Shown here one piece after another: positions 35,505 through 49,100 of a stretch of 64,000 nt of DNA; the stretch's first letter is position 1; each line of letters opens with the position of its first letter. Source of the DNA: Podospora anserina (Eukaryota); the NCBI GenBank assembly GCA_017654855.1, contig CM030336.1:682001-746000 (forward strand), written 5' to 3'. The notes beneath the pieces were generated by a model. That model saw only the letters and a list, made by a program, of their open reading frames with translations, did no database searches and was not told the DNA's origin. Both the position numbers and the translations under genes were made by a program.

Positions 35505-36788
35505 TTACAACAGCGTCATCCCGACCACAAGACCAAGAACTAACAAATTGACAGACCATTGAGCCAGTGTCGCGATGCTAGTAACAGCAGTTTGTCCCGA
35601 TGGTGGTGGGGCCTCCACAGGAGTTGGCGGTTGCGAGCTACTATTGCCCGCGATTGAAGCATTGGCCCCCAATCCTCCCGTGAGTGGTGTCGTGCCATTG
35701 GAGTGTACCAAGACAGGAATGATTGCCGTCACATCTGCCAGGTTGAAGCACTGCCTCCGGTGGCTGGCGTCGTAGTCAAGGGAAAAGACAGTAACAGCAC
35801 TGAGGCACTTGGGCGCAACGGTGCTTACCGTGTCGGTAGCCTCAAACTGATTGTAGCCAGCATCGGTGTGCATGCGGTTGAAGACGCCGCTCTTGTGGTT
35901 GTACGCAACCTTGACTCCCACGTCCTGGGTGGCCCGTGTCAGAACAAAAGGGGGGTTCGTGCATTCATCGCTTGTCTCGGATGTGATGTAGGGCAAGTCG
36001 ACAGTCACACCGTATCCCTCGGGAAGGACTCGATCTCCGTTTGCCTTGCTGATGAAAGCTTGCACAAGGTTAGAGGCAAGGCGAGCATTGATGGTGGCGG
36101 GATCCTGGAGCCCAGCTTTGGTGCTAGTGTTGAGTGACGAATAGACGGTGGCTTCGTTGCCAGTCCAGAATGCCATGGCGGGGATTCCACGCTCAATAGC
36201 AACGTAAGTGGCGGCCATGGCCCCGGACAAAGTTTCGAGAAAAGCACCTGAGTTTGACCCAGAATTGGGACCCGAGATGACGAGGTCGGGGGCTTCGAGC
36301 CGACAAATGGTAGGATATATGTAGTCCAATGCCACCAGCACCTGCGCTGTCGCTGTGCCATTGTAATACCATATGTGGTTGTCGGTCGGATCAGTTCCAA
36401 GGGACGGTGCGCCAGCTTTCACGAGACCTGCATGTCACCACATGGGTCAGCAACACGTCTTCAAGCAGCAGCTATGTGGGAGCACATACCCCAATCTCCA
36501 TCGGTGTCCAGTCGGGGGTTGGTGGTGAATTCGGCATGGAGACCAGCACCCGTCTGCGCAGCAACAGAGGCAACGACGTAACAATTGTGGCCGATGGAAG
36601 TCATTTGGCGGTAGAGTTCGCGAACACTGGCGGTTCCAAATCCGTCAGCGTTCTGCGTGCCAGTTCTGTTAGTGCATGTCAGGAATGAATAAGTGAGGTT
36701 GTTGATGACAAACCGTGATAAGGATGTTCAAGGCCTCCACGTGAGAAAGCAGAGCAGCAGCGGCTGCAACAAAGGTGACGGTGTGCAT
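35505..36788 (-). CDS. Secreted SurE-like (5'/3'-nucleotidase/acid phosphatase family) protein with a C-terminal GPI/TM tail
   Basis: Signal peptide then ALNILIT|NADGFG; WYYNGT; PDLVISGPNSGSN; two introns; hydrophobic C-terminus. Confidence 0.85.
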
Positions 36789-37593
36789 GTTTGTGGCAAT
36801 GTGTCGGTGCCTGTACAAGATAGCGTGTTGTATTTGAAGAGTAGCAATGAGCAAGGCCAGGTGCAAGAAACAAAACTGGTGATGGTGTTGGAAGAGGATC
36901 AAGTCAAATGTTTCGAGAAAAAGCTGACACCTGTCCTGTCATCTTGTTGTAGGGTTCTAATGCCACGAGGAAGGGACGGACAGGTCGACGAGGTGAATAT
37001 CCTCCGGTGCCTTCCACTCAATCTATCAAACGTCATTGCGGCCGGTCAACTCAGCTGCCTGATGTGGAAGAACTCCCAAGGAAGGAAGGAAGGCTGGTAG
37101 GCTTCGTACGAGAGTGGGAACAGGAGACGGTTTGGTGGTGATGGTTAAGGGGAAGTTGCACTTGCCATCCCCACCATCGAGGTATTATCCAACATGTCAT
37201 GATGGTATGATGCCATGTCGCGCCCACTGCACTTGACTTTGAGGGTCGGTGGAGGTGTGAATCATAAGTTGGGGCGTGGGAAGTGGGGTCCTCGGTGTTG
37301 CTCCTTCACCTTGCTCGCAGTGGGCAGGCAGTGTGACATTGCAGCCTGGACATGGAAGGCTTAAAGGCAGTAACGATCCATGCAGTGTGTAATGTCTGCA
37401 CTGAGTTGGCATCTTCGAGGAAACAAGAAAAACAATAGCAAGTTGGAATGTCCTGAATTCGAGGGCCCGACACCTTGTGGTCGACTTTTGACTGTCACCC
37501 TCAGACGTTCTGCTATTTACAAAGCTTAGCAAGGTTGTCAAATCCCATCCAAGAGCCCTTCCCATCCAGCATTGAAACACATTCCGCCAACTG

Positions 37594-37989
37594 TTAGAAT
37601 CCCAGAGCAGAGTTGAATGCATCCGCGGTTGTCGCATCCTTGGTTCCCAAAGCCTGAACTTGGGCTTTCGCCTGCTCACACAAAGCTTTGGCCGCATCAT
37701 TTGCCTCGCAAACGTTGGTGAGCTGATCGCAGACCCTATTGGTGATGATGTTCGGGTTCAGCGCCTCCTGCTGGCCTTCAGCCACAAGAGGATCGACAGG
37801 CAAGAAAGTTCCCTCATCCGCCTGACGACCGGGGCGACCGAGGACGAAGTCGATGCTGGGGTTGCAAAGCCCAAAGTCGGGGCCCGCATTGGCGCCGTTA
37901 TTGCCATTCTGGTTCTGGCGAGCGCCAACAGCGGCAGCGGATGCGGTTGAGGCCGCGAACAAAGCAACGAGGAGAGTCTTGGCGTACAT
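37594..37989 (-). CDS. Small secreted protein with 4 Cys (131 aa)
   Basis: Signal peptide MYAKTLLVALFAAS, ARQ processing-like site, PDFGLC...ALNPNIITNRVCDQLTNVC. Confidence 0.8.
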   Translation of the reverse strand: MYAKTLLVALFAASTASAAAVGARQNQNGNNGANAGPDFGLCNPSIDFVLGRPGRQADEGTFLPVDPLVAEGQQEALNPNIITNRVCDQLTNVCEANDAAKALCEQAKAQVQALGTKDATTADAFNSALGF

Positions 37990-39104
37990 TTTGGGAGATT
38001 GATGTTGGATGGTAGGTTGGTAAAGACCGACTGGCGGTTGGATGCAAAGATATGTACGTTCAAAGAATGAAACAGTTCCCAGAACTGGAAGTACGAGATC
38101 AACTCTGAAAGAAAGGACTGAAGAACGGCTGTTGTTGATGGATGTAAAGAAAAAGTCGGAACCGATAGGCCACCCACGGCATCTTTAAAGAAAATATGGA
38201 TTGCGCCTACAATGGCCTCTGCATTCTTGAAACGGCAATTTGGATCTCGCCTGGGCGTAGATCATACCGAGGTGTCTGAGTGACACGGGTAGAAAGACAA
38301 GACGAGACAGCGTCAAAATGCAATGCGGTCTTGGCAACCACAACTTCGCCAAAGATCATTGACAATAGTGTCGATCTTTACCATTGGCATGCCAGTCTGT
38401 CATGCGGACGGCATATCTGAACCTGATCAGCAGTTGGTGATTTACGCTCCTTGCCCTCAATCTTCTTTGCCGTCTAGCTCAAACACAACATGACCTTGTC
38501 ACCTCTAAGGATCCACGTGGGCTTCGTCTGATGCGTCCAAGGGCGTCGCGACGATATACCATACAACCTATGACATATGTTGAATGGGAATGGATTGTCT
38601 TGGAATTGTGCAGGTTGTTATTAGGATTATTCTTTTGTTCTTGATACCGTTAGAATAATGGACATGTACACTACCTTGTAATACCTCTTGGCTGTCATTT
38701 GCTATGGCTCTACCACACCTCTCTCGTGTCAGATACCTTCATTCACATAGAAAGGAGTAAGACCTCTGTCAACCTTTATTTCTCGCATCATTCACGTGGA
38801 CCACACCTCAGACACATGATGCACTCCCGCCTTTCAGTGATATTTTTAGGCCTTCTTCTCGTTGATAGTTTGAGGTTTTAAAAGATAGTTCAAGTGCTTC
38901 GAAAGGTAGTCCAGAGTCTCAAAAACATTTGAGAGCCCTTATATGATAGCGAAAAGGTGTATTACATCTCGAAAAGCCATAACAACAATTGATAGATCTA
39001 GGCTCGATGAAGGCTGGATTGAAGGGAAGTACCGAGAAAATAATGTCACAAAGGAAAACAAACTGGTGACCGCCGAAGAACAAGGAGTCTACTGTCCACC
39101 TCAA

Positions 39105-42100
39105 TTAAGTACCTCCATAAATACCCCACAACACACCCTGGCCATTGCTGCTACCCGAGCACTCCATCTCGCCTCTGGCAGCCACTCGCCCGTTCTTGCC
39201 GAACTTCTGTACCGAATCGTTGATGATGTCGATGACATCCTGCCCGCCCACCCGGAAATCGACGTTCAATCCTATATGCGTTGCCTCGATTCCGAACCGG
39301 CAAGACCCAAAACTGAGAATCTCTCGGTGCGGCTTGCCGGCCACCTGGTGTCTCCACTCGGTAGTGCCGTCTCCTTCGATGTTGCGGATGATTTGGAGAC
39401 AATCAGAGATCAAGGGGGAGCCGCCGTGGGTTCGGTCCTCAAAGGTGGACATGCCACAGTAGCCACGCCCCGGGGGAACGTCACAGGGCCAATTCGGTGT
39501 GGAACCGTGTGCACTGCTGTCCCAAGTCTGCCTCGCTCGCTCCGGAGAGCAAACAGGGAGCTTTATGAATCCTGGTATCCTGATGTTGAGATCATACAGG
39601 TCCTTCTTGACGTTTGAGTCGAAGACATTGGGACTGCCCGCAAGAGGATCGCCGTTTTGGCGGCCATTGGCAACCCACGTATTGACAGACCCAAAGATCA
39701 AATCTTCCTTGGTCACTCCACCATATTCACTGATAGAGCCGAATCCAGGCGGCAGTATGAACTTGGCCCAGTTGCAATCTCCGCCTTCCGAGCATATGCG
39801 GGCTTTGTCTTTGTCAGGCATCACGAGGTAGTATCTGCGGCCGTTCACACACACACCCGCCTTATTCATCGTGTCATCCGAGAGGTAATCCAACACTGGC
39901 CTGTTGGCATTGCAGTCGGCACCGGAGTCAAGAATGAAGGCGTATGATTTGGAAAAGCGCCAAAGATGCGGAATACCAAAAACCAAAAATCGTCTTGGTA
40001 GTTTGGTCTCGGATTGTGCTGGCCGTCGGCTTGTCCGGTCGCACCACGTTGTCGTCAATTTTCCCTTCACTCAGTTGTCCATTCTTGATCATATCCCACA
40101 GCTGATCAAGTGCGGCATCATCTGGGACGTCAAAGAAACGCAACAGTGACTTTTCAGAAGCATAGGACCAGCCGTTGAGAACCTCGCCCAAATAGCTCGA
40201 GAACTTGTTCTGGGCTTGGGGATTCCAGTCGGTTCCTTTCGCTGGAGGCAATAGCTCCTTGGCAATCGACGTGGTGGTACCAATGACGCCCATAGTAAAA
40301 TCCTTTGCGTTGTTCAATGAGCTCTCGCGTGGAATGAAGTAGGGAAGGGTTCTCAGGAAGTTGTTGAAGAACTGTGCGGCCACTGTGAGGGTCCCCAAGC
40401 CGACGAGGTCCAGTAGGATTTTAACCCACTTGTCATCGTCCTTGGGTGGCGGGATGGAGGCAAAATCGTCGTGCATGCTGTTGAGCTTGGGGGTTACAAA
40501 GGCGGCGGCATCAACGAGGCTGTTGTGGTATTCGTGGTGCATCTGGTGGATATATATAAGAGCGTCAAAAATTAGCTTCGCTGCCGGTCCGGACTTTTCT
40601 TCATCCAAGCCCTTCTCGCATTCAATTGCGTTGTCGCAGTTGTCTCCCGTCAATAAAAACGAGTAGCATTTGGGGCTGGACCCCAATCGGAAGATCTGCT
40701 CCAATCTCTCCATCAGCTTCCTCCTCTGAGGTCTGAATGTCTCTTTGTAAAGCTTGATGCCCTCCCTCCATGCAGTATCCGTGTCTAGAGCGTGCCAACG
40801 GTATGATGGAGAGCCAACCGTGTACAGATCCGTGATGGCCTGATGCGTGCAGCTGTACGTCTTCCACCTTCCTGGAGGCGTTGACACGGTGTTGTTGAGC
40901 TTTGGGTCTTCCCCAGCTTTGATCTTGGCGATGTGGCTGTCTGGCTCTTCATTCCAGCTCTTGCTCGGTGGCGGGGGATCGTTGAAGACTTGCATGTCAC
41001 TGGCCCAGTCAATTAAGCCGCCCATGCCCAATGACGCATAAACGGCCGCACGAATCTCCTTGGACTCTTCGGACATGTAAGAAACCCACTGGTCATTGTC
41101 GTAGACCAAGATGTCGCTATGGCTGGCTGTGTCGATGTACCGCGTGACCACGCGGCTGCCCCTTGCGCTGATACCGTTGCCCCCTCCGTTGATAATCTCG
41201 TTGATCTCGGCATCTGCAATGTATCCACTGGTGTCGGTACATCTTCCAGGGGTTGCAAACGAGGTCAAACGGTCGCCAGTGAAATGGCAGCTGGGCCCCC
41301 AGCAGCCAGGTTGGGCCATCTGGAAAGACCTGCCATAACTGGTGACGCCGACGAGTATCTTGTGCCCGGGAACTCCGGTCTTGGTTATCATGGCCAGCGA
41401 CTGCGCTGTCTCGGTCATGTTTGTTTGGCTACGGAGACAGTTACCCGTTGGGCATCCCTCTTGAGACCATCGCGAACCGGCATCCCATTGTCCATGTAGA
41501 TCGTACGTCATGTAGACAATGTAGTCGACCACCGTTCCTATTTGCTGAATGGGGAACTGTTTCAGATACCAGTAGGATTCAGGGGCTGCAATGGCAGTTG
41601 ACCGGCCCGGCAGCAAAGTTTTGAGTATGATCAGGAAGGCAAGGTAGTTGGGACCGTCTTCGGCCTTTCCGGGATCAAACTCTGGAAGATCAGGGGCTCC
41701 TAGATACTCCCAGTCAATGTCGATGCCGTCGAGACCATGTTTGATGATGAAATTTGCGATGTTTGTTGCCATACGGCGACGGTTTTCGGGCTTGACGCCA
41801 TTTCGGAAGATCAGATATGTCGCTGGGTCAGTGGAGAAAGCCCAACCTCCAAAAGACAGGATCCTCTTGACATTGCGGAGGCGCTTGAACTCGCGGAACT
41901 GGTACTGAGCCAGTGTGTCGCCAACCTCAACCTCGTAATCAGGGGTCAAGGTGCCGAAGGCGAAGTGCAGATGTGTGTATTTGGACGTGTCGATCTGGGA
42001 GGGATCCTGATAGAGACCTGGGCGACTCAGAATGTAGCCTTGAAAGTAGGCAAGCTTGATGGCACCATTTCCGGTTCCTCGGATGATAGCATTTCCGCAG

Positions 42101-43429
42101 TTGGAAATACAGCTATGGGTACCTGGAGCTGCTGTCCCTGGAGCACCGTTGCCTCTCGTATCAACGCAAAAGTCTTTCGACACACCGCACTGACCCCAGA
42201 TATTGCAGCACGATCGCAAGGGACAGGGGTTCATATTGGCAATATTGGAGCCATCTGTCGGCCGTGTTGAACCTGGCTTCTGAGGGCCACACACAGCGTT
42301 GGCGACGGGGGCCAGGAAGGGGGCTGTCCCTGAGCTCAAGCACATCCTCGTTCCAACCCACAGCAACTGGCACCCATTCCAGCCCCAGGTGTTCTTGTTG
42401 AATGTCTCGATATCGATCACCTGTAGGCCGTATTCGGCGGCACGGTTGGCACAGTTGTCGTCCGGCTTGACCGAGTAATCGAAGCAGGACCCGTCCGCCT
42501 TCGTCTTAGGTCAAAGGTCGGGAAGGGTCCCCTCGGTAAAGCAGACATGTTGCTTGGGACGAAGAGAGCCGCAAATCCCGGGGTTGAGCCGGTCAAAGTT
42601 GAAAGGAGTGATGCCGCACTAGACTGCCAGCTCGGCGCAGCCATTGCCTGCTTCCACCTGCACGGTTCTGCAGGTAGCTCGTTGTTGGAGTGCCTGCGAG
42701 CGCTGCTGAAGTCCATGTCGGAGCGTTCTCGCACGTAGTGTGGAGTTGGTTTGTGTTGTGTTGTCGTGCAAGAGCGTGGAGTTGGCACGAAGAAGTGGGG
42801 TCAAGAATTTGGCCTCACTAGGGAAGGTGGTCGACTCGGTGAAAGAAAGGCAAGTGGCATTGGCCCAGCCTTTGATGGCATCTTGAATAGGTGAAAAGGT
42901 ACTATTACTCATGATAGCGACGCCAAACACATGGGTGCTGTCATAGCCGGACCCACAGAGCTGCATAGCGAGCTGTGGTGTCGAGACATTGAGCCTGTCG
43001 AGGTTGTCTTGCAGAATGCGTAGAGCGGATTCGCCAAGTCCCTGGTTCAGAAGGCCCTGACCAATGTAAATACCGAGTGTAGCCTGGCCAGACTGACCGA
43101 AAATGATGAAAGGCGTGTCCGTCGCGCCATGTCCTCGAGCAACATAGGTACGGATTTGCTGGATCAGGGAACGAATGCCAGCGGCAGGCAATCTAAAGCC
43201 TTCTTCCCACCATCAAATCTCAAGATTGACCTCCATAGTCTCAGCAGTTTCCACATCGGCACTGGCCACAGCCTCCGAAGTTGGAATCTGTTCGAAATCT
43301 GGGCCAAAGGAAGAGCAAGCCTGGATGCGGTGTCCGCACAGGAGGCTCAAACCCCATTGCAGCCACATCTGTGGACAGCAAGAGGCCTACAGCCCCGAGG
43401 ACTGTCGTCTGCCAGGATAAACGAGGCAT
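39105..43429 (-). pseudogene. Subgroup C (killer-toxin-like) GH18 chitinase: LysM x2 + CBM18 + GH18 + C-terminal Hce2/Ecp2-like domain, disabled
   Basis: GH18 motif LDGIDIDWEY; hevein CCNIWGQCG; LysM CRTVQVEAGNGC; Hce2-like CGMSTFEDRT..SPLISDC..VGGQDVIDII..LWGIY. Stops at about 43213, 42619-42621 and 42511-42513; +1 frameshift in a T run near 39980. Confidence 0.88.
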
Positions 43430-44164
43430 GGAAATGTCTCCTGAGCACCTTGCTAAGCGTTAGCCAGCACTTCAAGAAAAGCTGTGTAACGGTGCAAGAC
43501 CTAACTGACAAGATATACACGTGCCCGTGACCTAGAGACCAGAGCAAGCCGAGAGGTGATGATAGTGAGTTTCTCAACGAGATGCTTGGGAATTGTACTC
43601 ATATAATCGAGGTCCTGCATTGTGTGGGACAGAAAGTCCATGTGTGAGCCCTGCACACAGATTTCGAGTACCGCTAGCCCCTTGTTTCTGTTGGCGCTGT
43701 TGGTGAAAAGGTCCATGGACACAATAAAGTGGTACTCATGAAGGCCGGTCACCGTTGCAGACTGTTGCCTTGGGTAGGCATTCTTTTGTCCCTGTGGGGA
43801 CCATTGAGTCAAATGATACCACTTACACATAGGGGAATACCGATGTATTGGGCCTCGAACAACTGAGGAGGCTCAAACCAGCCCACCGCCCAGATATTCG
43901 AATGACCACCTGCATAGAGTCATGGATGACATGGACATGGGGAAGTAACTTGGCCTTGCCCCTTACTCCTGATTTTCAATGAACCTCTATCGTGTGCCAT
44001 GGCCCCTGACCTCCCGCCACCATGTCCTTGCGGGGTGCTAATTTAGGTACATCAATAAAGTACGTACCTGATGAGAAGATTAATCCCAGTAGTTCCGGGC
44101 AGTGAGAGAAACGAATATGAAGAGAACTAATTATGTTGCCACTCCCAACATGCAGATCGTTGGC

Positions 44165-44953
44165 CTACGCCAAGAAGCCAACCATGACAATAGCAACAGC
44201 GAGGCATTTTATGCCTACCGCAGCACCGGACTGCGCCGCGTTATCCTTGGTCGTGCAATCAGCGGGGCGGTCGGGGTTGAGGGCACTGCACAATCTCTCG
44301 CGAAGGTTATTCTGGATCCTTTCGGCCGTAGGCTCATCAATCTTTACCCGGCAGGGGTCTGAACTGACACCTACGGGGTTGGAAGCGTCCATCAAAGCAC
44401 AAGAGCCCTTGTCTGGGAAGGAAGGAACGGCCGTCATGTTAGAAATGTTGATGGAAACACCAGGAGAAGCATTGCAGGGCTCGTCGTTGGCCGTAACGGC
44501 GACAAGATCCGTTGCCGGGGCGTCCTTTTTGACAATGAAGTGCAAAAGCTCGGTGGAATCATCCCTGACGATCTTGTTTCTGCCGCTGGTCTGGTTGCAA
44601 TATATCCAGCTGGTGGACCAGAATATTTGGAACGCCCCTTCCGCGGTCATGTTGATGAAGGTGTAGGCAAAGTAGGGTTCATAATCGGTCCAGCTGACAT
44701 TGAGGAAGAGGTGATGATTCGAGGGCCCTGACTGGCCAAGGTCGGATATGTTCCGGACCTGATATGAGATTGATGGCTGAAGAAGGGGTCCAAGCTGGGC
44801 GTTTCGGATTGCAAAGACGACTGGCATCTGCTGATCGGTCGTGTATGTCTCGTTGCGTGGGAAAACAAGATCAACTTCCATCACATTGGCAGCATGGGTG
44901 ATGGCTCCAAAAACACCCAGAAGGGGCCACAGGGTCCCGACAAGAAGACGCAT
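44165..44953 (-). CDS. Secreted, probably GPI-anchored Cys-containing protein (DUF7136-like)
   Basis: Signal peptide MRLLVGTLWPLLGV, EVDLVFPRNETY motif, many N-glycosylation sequons, hydrophobic C-terminal tail. Confidence 0.75.
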   Translation of the reverse strand: MRLLVGTLWPLLGVFGAITHAANVMEVDLVFPRNETYTTDQQMPVVFAIRNAQLGPLLQPSISYQVRNISDLGQSGPSNHHLFLNVSWTDYEPYFAYTFINMTAEGAFQIFWSTSWIYCNQTSGRNKIVRDDSTELLHFIVKKDAPATDLVAVTANDEPCNASPGVSINISNMTAVPSFPDKGSCALMDASNPVGVSSDPCRVKIDEPTAERIQNNLRERLCSALNPDRPADCTTKDNAAQSGAAVGIKCLAVAIVMVGFLA

Positions 44954-46159
44954 GGGATTGCAATCTGTTGGGGGGGCGATGCTGTGCTGGTGCGTTGCTG
45001 TCTGGTCCTCCGATGAGGTCCGGGTTGTTGGATGGAGGATGGTGGACTTGGATGGTGTCGAAAAGGAATCGGAATTTAAGGACAATACTTGGGTCAAGGA
45101 GTGCTTGATTCAAAGTGTAAACAAGGCAATATGGAGAAAGCATACTGTGTAATGTGCAAAATAAACGCGTGAGGTGTTGCACCACTAGTCGCCAACCAAA
45201 TTGTGGTCAGAACACGCAAGGGTTCGCACGACCAAGGGCCAATCACAAATCAAAAGCTGGCTGCATACGACCCATTTATGGTATTCTTCATGACTAACGT
45301 CCAAGCATTTACTGATGATCTAGGTCGCCCATATCTGCAAGGGACCAGACGTTACATCAGGTCAGTCGGACCGCTCCTTCCACCTTCGCTTCCGGGCCGC
45401 TGCCGCTGCAACTGCACAGTCCCTTTCGATGAGGCACAGTCAGCCGATCACCTGCGGTTTGCCTTGCGTTACTATCGACGTCGCTGAATGGCGGTCTAGA
45501 ACAATTTAAGAGTCGATGCAACTAATATTTGACAGGGCTGAATACGTGCTGATCCAACTGTTCAGGTTACCGAATATTATCGTTCTGAGGAGTGGATGGT
45601 TTCGTGCATTGTCACGGGTGTCCCTTGATGGCGAGATGTAACGTCTCTCCTTGGTATGCAATTGGCTGTCACCGAGAATAACACTTGGCATACAGGAACT
45701 TCCGAGGTGCCCATCGATATACTGCTAACAGGGTCTTGTCGGTGTTGGTGATAGGATCTTGTCAGGACCATCTTTGCTTGACATCCGATCCATTGTTGGT
45801 CCACAACATGATTCACCTGGCAAGAATTAGGTGGTATCGCATTCTGCGTTGGAGGCGTAGCTGAAATCTTCTACAGGCAGAGTCTGATTTCACTTTCGAT
45901 GGTGTCTTCCTCGAGTCCCGTCGGGAACACGAAGACTGCTTCGTAATCACATCATGTTGCTTGATGGGTTGAGTCGGTACCTTTGGTCCAGATCCGCGTG
46001 TCTAGTTGTAACGATCTCAACCGTTCTATGCTGAGGTATAAGATCCACGTCAACCCCAAGAGTATCATAACCTTCGTCAGTTGCCTGCATCTCCCATCAC
46101 ATTCTTTAACCCCCTAGGTAGCTTGGTCTTACTGTTTCATACCTTACCTACTCTGCAAG

Positions 46160-49100
46160 ATGCAGTTGAGACGTTTCATTCCCCTCTCCGGGCTCCTCCT
46201 TGGTCTCGGGTCGTGTCACAAAGGTTCGCCGCAGAGTTGAATGTTATCTTGATGCCGCTCCCGACAGCAACACGCTCACATGCCAGGCCTTTGCAAACCA
46301 CTGGTACATCACTCTTGCCGACTTCCAGCGCATTAACCCCAACGTGAACTGCCCCAACCTCGACATTAGGGTGGATGACCAGGAAATGGCCCACCCACGG
46401 ATATGGACCACCACCCCCACACCAGCCACACAACCTTAATGAGATTACCCCTGAATGCTTACACTCCCCACAACAAGACCAATATTGGGTCAATTTCTAT
46501 GGAATTTATACCAAAATGTAGCTCAATCACTGTCAGAGTCAGACATTTCGTCTGCTTCCCTCTTACGCCGGGTTTGAACCCGATAACGTGTGCTACGCCG
46601 CACAGGCTCGGCTGGCTCCGGCTGCTCCACATCCTCCTTAGGCACCACTTCTTCCTCCACCACCCTCCCTTCAATACAAGCCTCTTCCAGGTCACAAAGC
46701 CTTACAAACTTGGAATTCGAATCTTCTCTATTCAACTTGCGCCTTTTCTTTGCGTCCTGGGCTTTGTGGGCGTTTTGTTGGTGCCTTGCCGCATCAGCTT
46801 TGTGGATGGATACCTCAGATCTCAGTGTGAGTATAGTACTGGTGAGAGTCCTTGCCGCAAGCCGTTTTCCGGCCGGCGTATGGTTCTTGAGTAGGTCCTT
46901 GACCTTCTTGGCCACCTGGGAATCCCCCACGGTATGGAAAGTAGGTGTTTTTGAAGAGAGATCCAACGGCACCACAGGGACTACCACCTGGCTTGAAGAG
47001 AGCGGTTTGCGCCTACGTATGGGCTATAATCCTGTCCCACGCCAGCCGCCGGCAATATTCTCTTTCCTGAAGCCCTGCTTGCGGGTAAAGTTATACAGCC
47101 GGACCAAGTCGACCTTGCCGTCAGGCGTACAGTTAGTGAGGGCATCGTTTATAGTTATAAGCCTCTTATACGCCTTCTTTACACTAGAAAAGCAGCCAAT
47201 ATTAAGGGGTTGAAGGACGTGAGAGTAGTGGGGGGGTAGGAAAAGAAGGTAAATATTATTCCTGTAGTACTAAATTATAAAGTCGTTAGTGGTATGTGAG
47301 CCATAGCCATTATAATTAAGAAGACGTAGTTCTGATAGGTCCTTTGGTTAAGTCTTTAGGATAAAGACCTCTTTAAGCTATCTAACGGCTAGTTCGTTAC
47401 TGGTCTAACCGTTCGATAATACGGCTATATACTAGTCCTTATCGAATTAGTCCTTGAACCATTACTTTTAAAGGTCTTAGCCTTTGAAGATTACCCCGGG
47501 GGGGAGGACTCTCCTATCCTGGGAGATACATTCTAGCATAGTAGTCTAGGTCCTTTTTCCATTTTATTTAACGTATATAGACTTTTTATCCCTCATGGAA
47601 GACCCCACAACTAAGCCGTTCTCTCCCTGACTTTCTATTATTCCTACTTTATTATAGTTATACCTGTTCTTGGGCTTGATCTAGTTAACGGTAGAATAAA
47701 GGTTAAAGAACTTATTGATATTCTCCGGGGTAGCTTCGTTAACTCTAGCGTAATCAATCTTCTTTCCTACCTTCGTTTTAATACTGGAATGACGGCCAAT
47801 AAAGCGGGTTACCCAGTGCTTCCCAATGGAGTAAATATCGGCTTGTTCAGCCAGTATACTGGCCGCTAGAGCTCTTACGTTGGCGTGGGTGGGAGCGTAG
47901 CCAAGGCTTTCCTGACGAAGGATCCATTGAACGATGAGGTCTTCCTGGCCCTGAGTAAGCCGCTGTTGATTTTCATGGGCCTGTTTGCAAACCTGGGTTC
48001 CTAAGATGCGGTGCCTCAGTGTAGAACGTGGAACCCCGTGCTTGTCGGACGCTTGGCGCTGGCTTATACCAGCAAGAATGTCTTGTTCGGCATTTGCGAG
48101 ATCTTCCTCGGTATATTTGGCCATTGATGGGTACCTGGAGCAAAAAGAAGAAAAAGAAATGGTCCATTTTTGACCTCTGGGGGTGGAATATAAAGTTGGG
48201 GGGGCTTTCGGAGGTCCAGGGTTGTTGAGGGTTTAATGTGGAAAATGGCACTGGTAAGTTCAAGCCAATGTGGGCCACCTCTGTGGGTGGGCCATTTCCT
48301 GGTCATCCAACCTAATACCTCGTATTGCGTTTACGGCGACGTTCTCCCGGAGCCTAGCTCCTCTTCCACTGTCACCCTTCTCACCTCAACTTCATCATTC
48401 TCAAGCACCCCGCTCACCACAACGACCTCCACCTAGAGCTCCATCGTCACTTCTTCTCCGCCTTCATCGACCATTTCAACTCGGCCTTCGTCGACCGTCC
48501 AGCCGTTCGGCACCTCTGCTCCCAGTCCGAGCGTCTCCCCGCTCTTACCTGGTGTTGTCAACAACTGCAACCGCTTTTACAAGATTGTGCCTGGTGATGA
48601 GTGCGACATTGTTGCCGCTAAGAATGGCATCACCACAGCTTAATTGAGAAGCTGGAACGTGATCAACACATGTATGTACCTTATCTTCAAAAAGCCTCCA
48701 TCAGAAGATTCTTTTACCTGACAAGATTCAAAATTAGCTTGCTCAAATCTCTGGCTCGACTACTATGTGTGCTTCGGCATTCCCGGCGTGACCCCAAGCT
48801 CTCCCATCATAAGCACAACAAGCTCCGCCCCTACCCCTACCGTCTCCTCTGTCATGCCCGGTCACGCATCCAACTGCAACCGCTGGGACAAGGTTCGTTC
48901 CGGTGACCAGTGTGACACACTTGCCGGCCGGAATGGTGTTTCGGTCGCCCAGCTTCGCAGCCGGAACACACAAATCAACGCACAGTGCAACAATCTGTGG
49001 CTCGACTACTACGTCTGCGTTGGCATTCCAGGCGTAACTCCATCTCCAACGACAAGCACACCCACGTCTGACCCGACCCCCACAGTTTCCCCAGTCATGC

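Noticed and set aside
39970-39990. Programmed frameshift producing the chitinase-Hce2 fusion
   Set aside because: The gene has several other stops, so a homopolymer indel (decay or sequencing error) is simpler.
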